IMG/VR virus record: IMGVR_UViG_3300042540_001399
Span: 124,001 to 188,000 of that record
Length of the DNA: 64,000 nt
Direction: 5' to 3' (one strand)
Shown: one piece after another, positions 30,779-41,143 of the stretch
Layout: each line of letters begins with the position of its first letter
Position numbering within the stretch: position 1 is the stretch's first letter
The notes under the pieces: generated by a model
What the model was told of the DNA's origin: nothing
Database searches by the model: none
The model's input: the letters and a program-made list of their open reading frames with translations, nothing else
Translations under genes and position numbers: made by a program

Positions 30779-31462
30779 ATGGAAAAAAGAATTTTTGAAA
30801 ATGTAATGAAGTTTTTACAGTCCTATGATAAAAAAATAATAAATTTTGAATGGAGTTCATATGGTGGTGACGGATTCAATGATATTGAATGGGAATACGG
30901 ATGGTCCAACTTAGGAAATAGAAACTTACCAACATCAATTAATAATTTAGTTATTGAAATTGTTTCCGAATACGCAGAAACAATGTTTGAAAATGTTTAT
31001 AGTGATCTCGAATCATATAAATTAAGGGCAACTTTTTTCCCTTTCGAAAAAAAAGTAGAACTTTATGTTGACGCCGAAGAAAATCAAACTGAATACCGTG
31101 AAGAACAAGGGAACTTAGGCGAAAATTCTGAAGTGGTTGCTATCATGAAACAAAATGAATATGAAGAAATTGAATTTAGATACAATGGTGGTGGCGATAG
31201 TGGTGAATTAGAATCCGTTAAAGTTAATAGTATAGACGATCAAATATATAACTGGGAAAGGGATAATGACAAAACTGTTATTTACCAAAAAGCATATGAT
31301 TTATTAGAAAGCGCGTTTGCCGGTTGGGAAATTGATGATGGATCTTCAGGTACAATATATATGTTTGCTAACGGTTCATATGTTATCGAACATGAATGGT
31401 ATACGCGAGAATTTGTTGATTCAGGTGAACAAAAAATAATTACAGTAAAAGACTTTGAATAA
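30779..31462 (+). CDS. DUF6878-like protein
   Basis: YNGGGDSG and GWEIDDGSSGT; adjacent to DUF6915-like gene. Confidence 0.6.
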   Translation: MEKRIFENVMKFLQSYDKKIINFEWSSYGGDGFNDIEWEYGWSNLGNRNLPTSINNLVIEIVSEYAETMFENVYSDLESYKLRATFFPFEKKVELYVDAEENQTEYREEQGNLGENSEVVAIMKQNEYEEIEFRYNGGGDSGELESVKVNSIDDQIYNWERDNDKTVIYQKAYDLLESAFAGWEIDDGSSGTIYMFANGSYVIEHEWYTREFVDSGEQKIITVKDFE

Positions 31463-31465
31463 AAA

Positions 31466-31966
31466 ATGAATATTTTAATAACAAAAAGTCAATATGTTAA
31501 CTTGAAAGAAAATCTTGATCAGGTATTAGATTTATATTCAAAAATGAATAGTGGTAAAGAACTTAAACCTTCCGAAAAAGACGTTTTGAGGGCTTTCAAA
31601 AGGTTTACCGACAGGGGAGGTAATCCAGAAGATTTTATATTTGATTTAGAATACATATATGATAATGATGAAAGACAAGGAATGAAGTTTAAATACGATA
31701 TCAAAGGTAAACTTTTTATTTATGAATTCTCAGAAGAAATTGATAAGGGTGATGAAATAGAATACTATGGAGAAGTAAAGTATAACGATGACGAATTCCT
31801 TGGTGTAATTGTAACAGATAAAAGAGGTTATTTGATAACCTACGATTTTTATAGTGTTATAAGTGACCAAGATATAAGATTACAAAACATTTTGAAAAAT
31901 GAAGGTACTGATTCCGAAATACAACATTTTTTCCAAGAAGAAGTTATAAATAGTTTGAAAAAATGA
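31466..31966 (+). CDS. Leader-bearing hypothetical protein
   Basis: MNILITKSQY..LKE; ENLDQVLD...GKEL module shared with 51091. Confidence 0.6.
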   Translation: MNILITKSQYVNLKENLDQVLDLYSKMNSGKELKPSEKDVLRAFKRFTDRGGNPEDFIFDLEYIYDNDERQGMKFKYDIKGKLFIYEFSEEIDKGDEIEYYGEVKYNDDEFLGVIVTDKRGYLITYDFYSVISDQDIRLQNILKNEGTDSEIQHFFQEEVINSLKK

Positions 31967-32157
31967 AAATTATTATTACAGAAAAACAAGCAGATAAGTT
32001 GTTTGGAAATAATGTTGAATGTAAAAAATGTTCACACAGTTGGGAAATAGAAAAAAATGATAAAAACCCTTTTCTGTGTCATAATTGTGGGTGGGATCAA
32101 AAAATTAAAAAATATAAAGATAAAGAGTTGTTAAACTTTTGGAAAAAATATGAGTAG
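31963..32157 (+). CDS. Leader plus small zinc ribbon
   Basis: MKIIITEKQ; CKKC...CHNC. Confidence 0.65.
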   Translation: MKIIITEKQADKLFGNNVECKKCSHSWEIEKNDKNPFLCHNCGWDQKIKKYKDKELLNFWKKYE

Positions 32158-34648
32158 TTTAATTTCGGAAATAAACAGAATGCGAGATTTGATGGGTATT
32201 AAAACTCAAATCAATGAAAACTACTTCAAAAAAAATATTTTGCTTTTGGAAGAAACTGGATATGGTCAAGCCATGGATATTTACAAGGGCATGTTGAAAA
32301 AAGTTGGAATAGAACTTTCAGAGGAAGAACAGAAATATCTTAAAGCTTTTGTCGATGAATTTAACAGAAAATTCCCGTCAGAAAAAATTGATTTTTCTGG
32401 TGGACTAGATAATTTAACAAGAAAAACTTTAAATAATTTTCTGACTAAAGAAACAGAAGAAGTTGTTGGTGAAGTTTTTGAAAGAGCTATAAAAAATATT
32501 GAAGCCGATATTGCTATAAAACAAATTCAAACACCAACAGAAGTTTTAAGAACAAAACTAACAAATAATAATATTTTGAGTTCAGGTGGGGAAGCAAAAT
32601 CCTTGACGGATTACATTTCATTTATTTATCAAAAAGGGGGCGTAAAAAATTCAAACATTCCGCCCGATACATTAACTTTTTTGAAAATGGATTTAGAAGA
32701 AGCGGCAAAAAAATTAGTATCTACAGGAGAAGAAACTGTAAAAAAATATGTTAATGACTTAATAGGACAGATTGATGAATTAGAAGGAACTTCAGTAAAA
32801 ACTATAGATCCCGAAATAAAAAAATCAGTCACTGATTTAAAAACATCTTTAAAACCAGCGGTTGAAACCCAACTTTCGAAAGTAGATATTTCTAATAAAT
32901 TAAAAAGTTTGGCGGATGCAGACCAATCTATGAGATTAGGTAATGAAATGGATGTTGAAGTTGATTTGTCAAATCAAACAGATCTTAAAAACTTAATGGG
33001 TAACGATCCTGAAAGTTTTATTAAAAGTTTAGATTCTATGGAAGACCTTCAAAATGTTTGGATCATTGTTCAACATTCTGATAACGACATAAACTTTCAA
33101 AAACAAATTCTTAGTATACTACAAAAAAATCAACAATTTCTTGAAACTAAATTTACAACAGAAGCATCTCAGATAAAATCGGGAATTGCAATGTTAGAAG
33201 ATAGGGTTATGGTTAATTCGAACACAAGTGTGACAGGATATAGGGAAACTGGAATGGATGATTTTGGGGATTTAACCAAAGGTAAACAAACATATGGTTC
33301 ACAAGGTGGAATGACACCTGACGGTAGTTTTTGGGTCCCAAGACCAATAGAATTAGATGGAAAAATATATTTTTTCGAAACACCTCAAAAACTTTTAGAT
33401 GACACTGAATTTCTGAATAAACTAAACGCAAAAAGAACTTCTATGGGATTATCCAAAATGGAAGATTATTTGAAACTTATGAACGATGAACTTGGTGTGG
33501 TTGATGAATTAGTTGACGATTTGGTTCCTGCACAATATCTACCTAAAAATCTATCGGATAAAACAGTATTTTCGATTTTTTCAAAAAAGGGAATTTTTTA
33601 CTCAGAAGGTATCAATCTTACTAGAGAACTTATTGATAAATTTTTATCTGAATCACAAAAACTTTATGTGGATGCCATTACAAAAAAAGAATTACAGGAT
33701 TACATAACCGCATTAAATTATCTAAAAAATAAATTTGGTAACGGAAAAATATATGTTACTTCACTTTTAGATGGAAAAACAATAGAAAAAAAGACCATAG
33801 GTGAGTTTATTACCGATGTTGAAAATAATTTCAAAAGAATTTATGATGAACAGGGAAATTGGTCTCCTTTGAATAAGTTGGATACAAATTATAACGACAT
33901 GCCCAAAGAGATGACAACCTTTATCAAAACAGTTTTGAATCCTGAAGAATACGAAAATTTTGTAAAAAAAATACAAGATTTTGAAAATGCCCCTGCTAAT
34001 TCAATTGAAAAAGAACAGGCAAAAAAATTATTGGAAGACGAATTTAAAAATATTAAATCAAAACTTTTGACAAATGAAAACTATGTAAAAAATTGGACAA
34101 AAAGAGTTGACGAATTAACCCAATCAATTAAAAATAACAGCGCTTTAGGTAATTTATCAGAAACAAAGGTTAATGAAACTTTAAAAAATAATAATTTCAA
34201 AATTTTATTCACCGCTAGTGATGGATCACCAATTGACGTTTTACTCAATATAGATCAAATTGTAGAAGACACATCAGGAGTTTTTGGTGGTGGTATTAAA
34301 ACGGTTCAGACAAAAACAGCTAACTCAATCCAAGAAGGAAAATTTGTTGGTGTTGGTAAAGACAGAAAATTTGTACCTGAAGAAGGAACGGGCATATTTA
34401 AAGTTGAAATAACGGCAAATAAACGGATTGCGAAACAAAGTCAAATTGACCTTGCTGGGTTCTATGACCCTCAAACAGGTAAAACTTTAATTGTTGGTAA
34501 ACAACCAAAACTAAGTGGAACTTACAATCCGGACGGTACACCTCAGTATCTTTCACAGTTAGAACTACCTGGATCTACAATACCAGTTACAAAATCACCA
34601 ATTAAACCAATTATAATTGACAAAGATACGCCGAAGATCTTCCAATAA
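32150..34648 (+). CDS. Large leader-bearing multidomain protein (DUF6624-like middle, possible PD-(D/E)xK C-terminus)
   Basis: DADQSMR...WIIVQHSD...LEDR...QTYGSQ; GNLSE...IDQIV...VQTKT. Confidence 0.55.
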   Translation: MSSLISEINRMRDLMGIKTQINENYFKKNILLLEETGYGQAMDIYKGMLKKVGIELSEEEQKYLKAFVDEFNRKFPSEKIDFSGGLDNLTRKTLNNFLTKETEEVVGEVFERAIKNIEADIAIKQIQTPTEVLRTKLTNNNILSSGGEAKSLTDYISFIYQKGGVKNSNIPPDTLTFLKMDLEEAAKKLVSTGEETVKKYVNDLIGQIDELEGTSVKTIDPEIKKSVTDLKTSLKPAVETQLSKVDISNKLKSLADADQSMRLGNEMDVEVDLSNQTDLKNLMGNDPESFIKSLDSMEDLQNVWIIVQHSDNDINFQKQILSILQKNQQFLETKFTTEASQIKSGIAMLEDRVMVNSNTSVTGYRETGMDDFGDLTKGKQTYGSQGGMTPDGSFWVPRPIELDGKIYFFETPQKLLDDTEFLNKLNAKRTSMGLSKMEDYLKLMNDELGVVDELVDDLVPAQYLPKNLSDKTVFSIFSKKGIFYSEGINLTRELIDKFLSESQKLYVDAITKKELQDYITALNYLKNKFGNGKIYVTSLLDGKTIEKKTIGEFITDVENNFKRIYDEQGNWSPLNKLDTNYNDMPKEMTTFIKTVLNPEEYENFVKKIQDFENAPANSIEKEQAKKLLEDEFKNIKSKLLTNENYVKNWTKRVDELTQSIKNNSALGNLSETKVNETLKNNNFKILFTASDGSPIDVLLNIDQIVEDTSGVFGGGIKTVQTKTANSIQEGKFVGVGKDRKFVPEEGTGIFKVEITANKRIAKQSQIDLAGFYDPQTGKTLIVGKQPKLSGTYNPDGTPQYLSQLELPGSTIPVTKSPIKPIIIDKDTPKIFQ

Positions 34649-34811
34649 CATCAACTATAAATCAAACCAACAGTATAATAAACTACCACACAATATAAAA
34701 TATACATGTTAATGTAAAACCATTTTTTTTCTGAACTACTCATAATTTGTTTTTTGAACAAAAATATGGGTTCTAATTAACAATACAAAATATTTATTAA
34801 AAAAATAAAAG

Positions 34812-35537
34812 ATGAAAATTAAAATTACGGAAGATCAATTCCAAAGACTTTTGGAAAACAAATTAAATGGTAACCAAATTAATGAAGGCGTTTTCGGTAT
34901 ATTAGGAAAAATTGCTAAGTACGCTTTAGGTGGTGCGGCAATTTCATATATATTAAAAAAACTAATAGATAAGTTCAAGGATAAAGAACCTACAAAAGCG
35001 GAAGTAGAAAAAGAAATTGAAAGACTTGGAAATGATGTAAAAAAATCTGAAGAATCAGAATCCAAAATAGATAATAAAAACATAATAATAGGAGATTCAC
35101 AAGTACCTTACATTGATATGAATACAAAAAAGGCCAGTAAAATATCAACCAAAGGTGGTGAAGAATCTTTGTGGTTAGGTGGTGTTGGGTTAAACTGGTT
35201 AAAAAACGCAGTTAGAAATTATAAAACGGATAATACAGTCAAAAATGTAATAATCAGTATTGGGACTAATGGTGGTTTTAACACTAATGAAGATATTAGT
35301 GGATTATTTGATAATTTGAAAAAAACATTTCCTAAGGCAAATTTTTATGTTGTACAAGGATCATGGGGATGGGGTGGAAACAAAGACATAGAACAATCTG
35401 AAGTTGATAGGTATTACAGAGTCTTCAAAAACCAAGGGGCAACAATTATAGAACCACCTATAGGTAAAGTTTCGGACCCACACGGTGATTTATCTGTTTA
35501 TGGTGAAATAGGTAAAAACATCGATTCCAAACTATGA
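34812..35537 (+). CDS. Leader-bearing SGNH hydrolase-like protein
   Basis: IIGDS, SIGTNG and SDPH motifs; MKIKITEDQF. Confidence 0.65.
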   Translation: MKIKITEDQFQRLLENKLNGNQINEGVFGILGKIAKYALGGAAISYILKKLIDKFKDKEPTKAEVEKEIERLGNDVKKSEESESKIDNKNIIIGDSQVPYIDMNTKKASKISTKGGEESLWLGGVGLNWLKNAVRNYKTDNTVKNVIISIGTNGGFNTNEDISGLFDNLKKTFPKANFYVVQGSWGWGGNKDIEQSEVDRYYRVFKNQGATIIEPPIGKVSDPHGDLSVYGEIGKNIDSKL

Positions 35538-36004
35538 AAAAACCTAATGTAAAAATGTTGATAGAAAATCGGAATATTTACGACTATCAGTTCGGATTTT
35601 GTCATTACTTCGCCACAAATATTAAAGATAAGTTACAGGAAATTCTTTCACATAAAAAAGTTACTTATTATTTGATTGTTTCCGAAGAACTGGTAATTGA
35701 CACCAATGAAATTATTGAATATCATCTAATTCACGTTTATTTAAAAGTAGATGAATATTTTTTAGATTCAAAAGGAATACACGGATATGATGATGTTATT
35801 TCCAAAATAGAAAAATATGAAATGGAAGCGATTAAATATCTTCCTGACTTCATGGAACTTACAATAAAAGAAGGTGAATCAGATATCATACCCAATTTAT
35901 TTTTTGATGACAACGAATGTGATCAAGTACAGGTAAAAAAAGACGTTGAAGAATTTATGTCTAATCCTGAAATAAAAAAATTCATAAAACAAATGAAATC
36001 ATAA
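35534..36004 (+). CDS. Possible papain-fold (Cys-His-Asp) protein
   Basis: YQFGFCHYFA...IHVYL...FLDSKG. Confidence 0.45.
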   Translation: MKKPNVKMLIENRNIYDYQFGFCHYFATNIKDKLQEILSHKKVTYYLIVSEELVIDTNEIIEYHLIHVYLKVDEYFLDSKGIHGYDDVISKIEKYEMEAIKYLPDFMELTIKEGESDIIPNLFFDDNECDQVQVKKDVEEFMSNPEIKKFIKQMKS

Positions 36005-36646
36005 GTCGTACTGATCACTAATTTCAACTAAACATTTATCTAAGTCTAAAAAATTGAATTGTCTTCTAAACATCCTAACAAATTGGGATGATATTTTTGA
36101 TTTTTCGAATTTCCAATAACTTGACCGACAACAAACTTTTATAGTTAGTTTAGTATCAATTTCTCTGCCTGAATGAGTAACATCTCCATAACCAAAAAAA
36201 TCATCAATTTCGTAAAAAAAAGTTTTTTGTTGAAATCTTTCAATATTAATCGATTCGATGCCTACAATATCACCAAAAGTAATTTCTTTTAAAAAAATAT
36301 TGAAAATTGGAAAACAGTTCAAAATTTTATCTACGTTATCGCCAATATACTTATCATGACTTGAGGATATAAGATTACACATTTGTTAATTTTACATATT
36401 TTTTATCACAGCCTCAAGTATTCCTATAGATTCTAAATCTTTTTTAGTCTTCAATTTTTTACTTTTCAAAAATAAAAGAGACTCCATAAGTTCATCTTTT
36501 TTTGTTCGTTTACCTGAGCTACAAGTGTAATCGGCATCGTTTGATTTTTTTGTATCATCTGAATAAACTATTTTCAAAACCTTGTTGGTTTTTTTTTCAC
36601 ATTTAGTCAAATGTAAAACGATCATTCTAAATAGTTCCTTATCCAT
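35999..36646 (-). other. Two small minus-strand hypothetical ORFs (36392-36646 and 35999-36382)
   Basis: TATCTTTG on the minus strand at 36651-36658. Confidence 0.55.
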
Positions 36647-36691
36647 ACTACAAAGATAACGAAAATACTCTGTAATACAAAAAAATCCACC

Positions 36692-36820
36692 TTACGATGG
36701 ATTTTTAATTTGATCGTAGAAGAACTTTAACAACCTATCATTATCTTTTATTAACTTCAAAGTTTTGTTAATGCTTTTTCTACTTTTCTTTTTTTTACCT
36801 TCCTTTTTTGCTTTTGCCAT
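36692..36820 (-). CDS. 42-aa very basic protein (below the ORF-track cutoff)
   Basis: MAKAKKEGKKKKSRKSINKTLK...; minus-strand TATTTAT near 36860; hairpin at 3' end. Confidence 0.55.
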   Translation of the reverse strand: MAKAKKEGKKKKSRKSINKTLKLIKDNDRLLKFFYDQIKNPS

Positions 36821-36891
36821 TTTGATTGTTTAAAAGGATTTATGAGTAAAAACACAGTGATAAATATATTCCTTATGGTATTTATATTATT

Positions 36892-37266
36892 ATGAAAGTT
36901 CTGATAATGGAAAATCAACTAATATCTACAGTTCAAGGAATGGTAGATAATACAATTGACGAGTTCACAAAAGATTGTGAAAATATAGACGCTGAAAATG
37001 GGCCACCATATTTATCATTTGATGACTGTGATTTATTGGATAGTCTCGAAGAACTTGAAATTGTAGAAGTAACAAAAAGTGATCAAAATAAAGGTAAGTA
37101 CTTACTTTTCGACGCAAAGGTTAATGTTTATTATAGGAATGTTTTTGAATATCAGGACTATAGTAATTTTTTACATAGTTTAAGATTAAGAATAAAAGAA
37201 AAATATAAAATAACTGTGATGTTTACTGTTGCTGATGAAGTAAATAATCAACCAAGAGAATGGTAA
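36892..37266 (+). CDS. Leader-bearing hypothetical protein
   Basis: MKVLIMENQL; TATTTAT at 36879. Confidence 0.6.
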   Translation: MKVLIMENQLISTVQGMVDNTIDEFTKDCENIDAENGPPYLSFDDCDLLDSLEELEIVEVTKSDQNKGKYLLFDAKVNVYYRNVFEYQDYSNFLHSLRLRIKEKYKITVMFTVADEVNNQPREW

Positions 37267-37883
37267 TGAAAGGTATTATTAGACAAATATTGAATAACGA
37301 AATTAAGAATAATTTATATGAAGGAAAACCTTCAAATTATAAAAATATAGAACAACTTAAAAGATTTTTTTATAACAAATGGGATAAAGAAAAAAATGAA
37401 GGAAAAACACCATCAATTGGGGATATATCCAAATTAGGGTTGAATAGGGCTAAAGATCAAATAATTTCCTTATATGTTGAATATATGGGTTATGATTCTG
37501 AAATTAGTAAAATCACCGCTATTAAAAAATATTTGACATCGAATATTTTCACTGAAAAAGACATTACAGAAATGGATAATTTTAGTGAAGGTAAAATAAC
37601 TGTAAAATTTGATAAAGTTGATTTTTCCGAATATGAAAGTGATCGTGACAATGTTATGGATTTAGATGTTAGTTTTATAGTTCTTAATGGATCCTTCTAT
37701 AATAGTGAAGAAGACGAAATATATAACTTTTCAACTGGAAATAACCCATTTGATGACTTTGTTACATATTTTGAGTTTAAAGAAGAAATTGAACAGATTG
37801 TGGAAAGTTTTGTTCACAGAACAATAGAAAATTTTGGATTAGATATAAACCGTAATTTTGATTATATAAGTGTTAAGTGGTAA
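37266..37883 (+). CDS. Leader-bearing hypothetical protein
   Basis: MKGIIRQILNNE; paralog of 29794. Confidence 0.65.
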   Translation: MKGIIRQILNNEIKNNLYEGKPSNYKNIEQLKRFFYNKWDKEKNEGKTPSIGDISKLGLNRAKDQIISLYVEYMGYDSEISKITAIKKYLTSNIFTEKDITEMDNFSEGKITVKFDKVDFSEYESDRDNVMDLDVSFIVLNGSFYNSEEDEIYNFSTGNNPFDDFVTYFEFKEEIEQIVESFVHRTIENFGLDINRNFDYISVKW

Positions 37884-38383
37884 TGAAAAAAATCATAAGA
37901 AATATACTACATGAAGAAAATAAAAATAGTCGTTTATTATCTGATATGATAGAAAATGAAGGTCTTCTTATGACATGTAAAAAAGTTGGTGGTATAGAAA
38001 GGTTATCAAAAATTTTAGGTGTAAGAGATTATAAAATAGTTGAAAATTATTTTGTTGGAAGACAAATATCAACAAATAATTTTGAATTTCCATTAGAAGT
38101 TGGGGGATATGATTTTGTTTTTGAAGTAACCCATGTTAATTATGACTTAACTGACGATTTTATGGAAATAAGATTCAAAATAGTAGAAGGGGAAGTCACA
38201 CTTATAATGACAACGGATGAAACTTATGATCTTTTAGGTGATGATCTAAAAGAAAATGAATATTTGGTTTGGGAAATAAGATATGAAGTTAGGGAGGTTG
38301 TACGTGAATATTTCAAACTATATTTTGAATATATTAGATATAGATTATTTAGCGGTTTAGATGTTGAAGTAACAAATATGTAA
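37883..38383 (+). CDS. Leader-bearing protein with KxVGG module
   Basis: MKKIIRNILHEE; KKVGGIERLSKIL. Confidence 0.6.
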   Translation: MKKIIRNILHEENKNSRLLSDMIENEGLLMTCKKVGGIERLSKILGVRDYKIVENYFVGRQISTNNFEFPLEVGGYDFVFEVTHVNYDLTDDFMEIRFKIVEGEVTLIMTTDETYDLLGDDLKENEYLVWEIRYEVREVVREYFKLYFEYIRYRLFSGLDVEVTNM

Positions 38384-38388
38384 AATAA

Positions 38389-38415
38389 GTTTACAGTAAA
38401 CTGTTTACTGTAAAC
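38389..38415. repeat. Perfect nested palindrome
   Basis: GTTTACAGTAAAC-T-GTTTACTGTAAAC. Confidence 0.85.
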
Positions 38416-38430
38416 AAAAAAAATAGAAAT

Positions 38431-39426
38431 ATGAAAAATATTATAAGAGATATATTAAAAGAAGAAACTTTTTTAATAAGCGAGATAGATATAAAACCAT
38501 CTCAAGTCGCTTTGGACAATGTATGTAAATCAAAAAAGTTTTGTAATGCTCAAGGTAAAATTACATTTGGGCAATTAAGGGAACTTGTAGAAAAAGGTAG
38601 ACTCAAAAGAATAGGAACACACATTGGAGAAGGTGGTTATAAAGCGACACTTAGGTTGATACCTTGGTTTATACCACAATTAGCACTTTTAGGTTTTGGA
38701 GCAACATGGGTTAGGGTTGCAAACAAAATATTCAGACCAGCTTTAGAAGAAACTACAGGATATAAAACATGGTGGGGAAAAACCATAATGAAAATATTTG
38801 ACATGGTAGAAGGTGAATTAAAGGCCGAAGACCCTTTGTCAAAAATATTTTTCATTTCTGATGGTTTGATGACAATGTTGGATGAAAAATATAAAGTTAA
38901 ATTTGCAAATTACATTTCTCAAGTGGCTGATGAAAAACCCAACGATGAAATAGTACCTGATTATTTTGTGGAAAATGAATTAAGAAATTGGTTAAATCAA
39001 AAGTTTCTTTTGGATCCGCCATTACAACCTAAACAAATTACAACATACGTGGATAATGATACAAAATCAGAAGTTGAATTAAAAGAAAACAAAGATTCGA
39101 ATTATGATAAAAAAAATATGGCATCGAAAGTTCTTGATGAATTGAATTTATCACCATGGAAAAATGATACCTATGGTATGGAATATTTATCAACACCAGG
39201 AAAAACAATTATTTTTTTGAATATCAAACCCGATAAGGAAGTTGTAATATTGGATACAATTTATAAAGTCCTGAACAGGATCTTCAAAGAAGAACAGGCA
39301 CTTGAAAACTTTATTTTCGAGTATATCGAATATTTTGGATTGAATGTAAGAATAGGAAGTTTTTTAACTATTTCACAAGACGTTGGTACGTTAGAAGAAG
39401 ATGATGAACCATTAGACTTTGATTAA
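38431..39426 (+). CDS. Leader-bearing two-module protein
   Basis: MKNIIRDILKEE; internal ELKE before a second module. Confidence 0.6.
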   Translation: MKNIIRDILKEETFLISEIDIKPSQVALDNVCKSKKFCNAQGKITFGQLRELVEKGRLKRIGTHIGEGGYKATLRLIPWFIPQLALLGFGATWVRVANKIFRPALEETTGYKTWWGKTIMKIFDMVEGELKAEDPLSKIFFISDGLMTMLDEKYKVKFANYISQVADEKPNDEIVPDYFVENELRNWLNQKFLLDPPLQPKQITTYVDNDTKSEVELKENKDSNYDKKNMASKVLDELNLSPWKNDTYGMEYLSTPGKTIIFLNIKPDKEVVILDTIYKVLNRIFKEEQALENFIFEYIEYFGLNVRIGSFLTISQDVGTLEEDDEPLDFD

Positions 39427-39451
39427 TTAAAAAATAATAATATTTATATAT

Positions 39452-40666
39452 ATGAACCTGAAAAATGAACTATTGAGAATTGCTCAACTTTCCAAAAAAA
39501 TAATTGGTGAAGGTTCATTCAAAATGACTATTATATCAGAAGATAAAAAAGATGATCTTTTAAAACAGTATGGTGAAGATTATGAATGGTTAATTGATTA
39601 TTTGTATGATGAAGATCCATCCCCTTCTAAAAAATATGTTAATTGGATGGTCAAAACTTATTTAAATAACGAGTCAATTGACCAAACCAATATGGCTGGC
39701 ATGATTCAATATTTTGATAAAAATCAACACAAGTTTCAAAAAAAAGATATCTATCAATACACTTATGACGAGCTAGTTAGAGCTTATGAACAAGCGTTAA
39801 CAAAAATTTCGAAAAGAGAAATTTCTTCAGCTGGTGTAGAAAAACTTTATGAAGACGAAAGATATGTTCTGGTAAGACCCAAAAACGAAGAAGCTTCCTG
39901 TAAGTACGGTGCAAACACCAAATGGTGTATTGCATCAAGAATGAATAACTATTTTTATTCCTACAGCGATGAAAATCTTTTCTTTTTCATAATTGACAAA
40001 TTGAGACAACCAATAGAAGGAAAAAAAAAGTCTTCTAACTATTTCAAAATTGCGGTTCAATATTCGCCTAATAAAGAACTATCTTGGGACCATGGTGGAG
40101 TGTCAGATTTTAGTAAACAAATGTTTTTGAAACAAAGTCAAAAAGGTGTTATACAATATTGGAATTCGGTTGACGAAAATATTACAAAAAAAACTGTTGA
40201 AAAATATTTACCCGATCAACTGTTAAGAACATTTATAGATTTGATTAAAAAACATACATATCAAGTTTATTTAAATTATTACGAAAAACAATTAGCAGAA
40301 AAACAAAAATTTGATTATGATTACTTTAAAAAGTTAAAAAAATCACTTAATACCAAAAAGAAAAATTTTAAAATCTTTTCTGATAAATATTTCAGTAATC
40401 CATCTGTAATTTTTGTGTATCAAACTAATGATTTATACGAAACGTTTGTACATTTTATGAAAAGTATACAAATGGAACCAAAAACATTCGATGAACTTTT
40501 GGAGTTTAAAAAAATTAAAGAAAGATATTACAAAGAAAAAAAAATACAAACTGATTTACAAACTCAGCTTAATGATTTATCTGAAGATGTCAAAAGGACC
40601 CAAAAAGAATATGATGAACTTCTAAAAATAGCAAAATCGTTGGAATTAAATATAGAATTCAGATAA
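39452..40666 (+). CDS. YGxxTKWC-motif protein, paralog 3, with leader and C-terminal coiled coil
   Basis: ASCKYGANTKWCIA...FFIIDK; MNLKNELLRI; TATTTAT at 39441. Confidence 0.65.
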   Translation: MNLKNELLRIAQLSKKIIGEGSFKMTIISEDKKDDLLKQYGEDYEWLIDYLYDEDPSPSKKYVNWMVKTYLNNESIDQTNMAGMIQYFDKNQHKFQKKDIYQYTYDELVRAYEQALTKISKREISSAGVEKLYEDERYVLVRPKNEEASCKYGANTKWCIASRMNNYFYSYSDENLFFFIIDKLRQPIEGKKKSSNYFKIAVQYSPNKELSWDHGGVSDFSKQMFLKQSQKGVIQYWNSVDENITKKTVEKYLPDQLLRTFIDLIKKHTYQVYLNYYEKQLAEKQKFDYDYFKKLKKSLNTKKKNFKIFSDKYFSNPSVIFVYQTNDLYETFVHFMKSIQMEPKTFDELLEFKKIKERYYKEKKIQTDLQTQLNDLSEDVKRTQKEYDELLKIAKSLELNIEFR

Positions 40667-40717
40667 CTTTTTCAGTGAAGAATATATTTATTATTATAAA
40701 ATAAAAAAAAACAAATT

Positions 40718-41143
40718 ATGAAAAGAATAGTTAGATTAACAGAATCAGATTTGGCTCGTATCGTTAGACGAGTTATCAGGGAAGAAGCTGAAGGTCAAGG
40801 AACAGAAAACAGAGAACAATATTACGAAATGATGAGAAATGGTAAATGTCCTAACGTTGTTTTGTCATACAAAAAAGATGGTGATTGGTTTGATAATCAT
40901 ACAAGTACATCTTTGTTTGACATGGCTTCTCGTGTAAATGGTTTGGACTTAAGTCAAAAACAAGGAAATGGTACCCTTGGTGAGTATCTTCTTATGATGG
41001 TAAGAAAAGGGAAACATGGTTTGAAATGTGGTAGTAACGGATATTACTTTTTGAAACCTGAAGAACAAGAAGTGGCTTCTGATGAGTATGGTATCACTAA
41101 GAAACTAGAAAGAAAATTCCAAGGACAAGGTGGACCAAGATAA
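40718..41143 (+). CDS. Leader-bearing hypothetical protein
   Basis: MKRIVRLTESDLARIVRRVIREE. Confidence 0.65.
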   Translation: MKRIVRLTESDLARIVRRVIREEAEGQGTENREQYYEMMRNGKCPNVVLSYKKDGDWFDNHTSTSLFDMASRVNGLDLSQKQGNGTLGEYLLMMVRKGKHGLKCGSNGYYFLKPEEQEVASDEYGITKKLERKFQGQGGPR

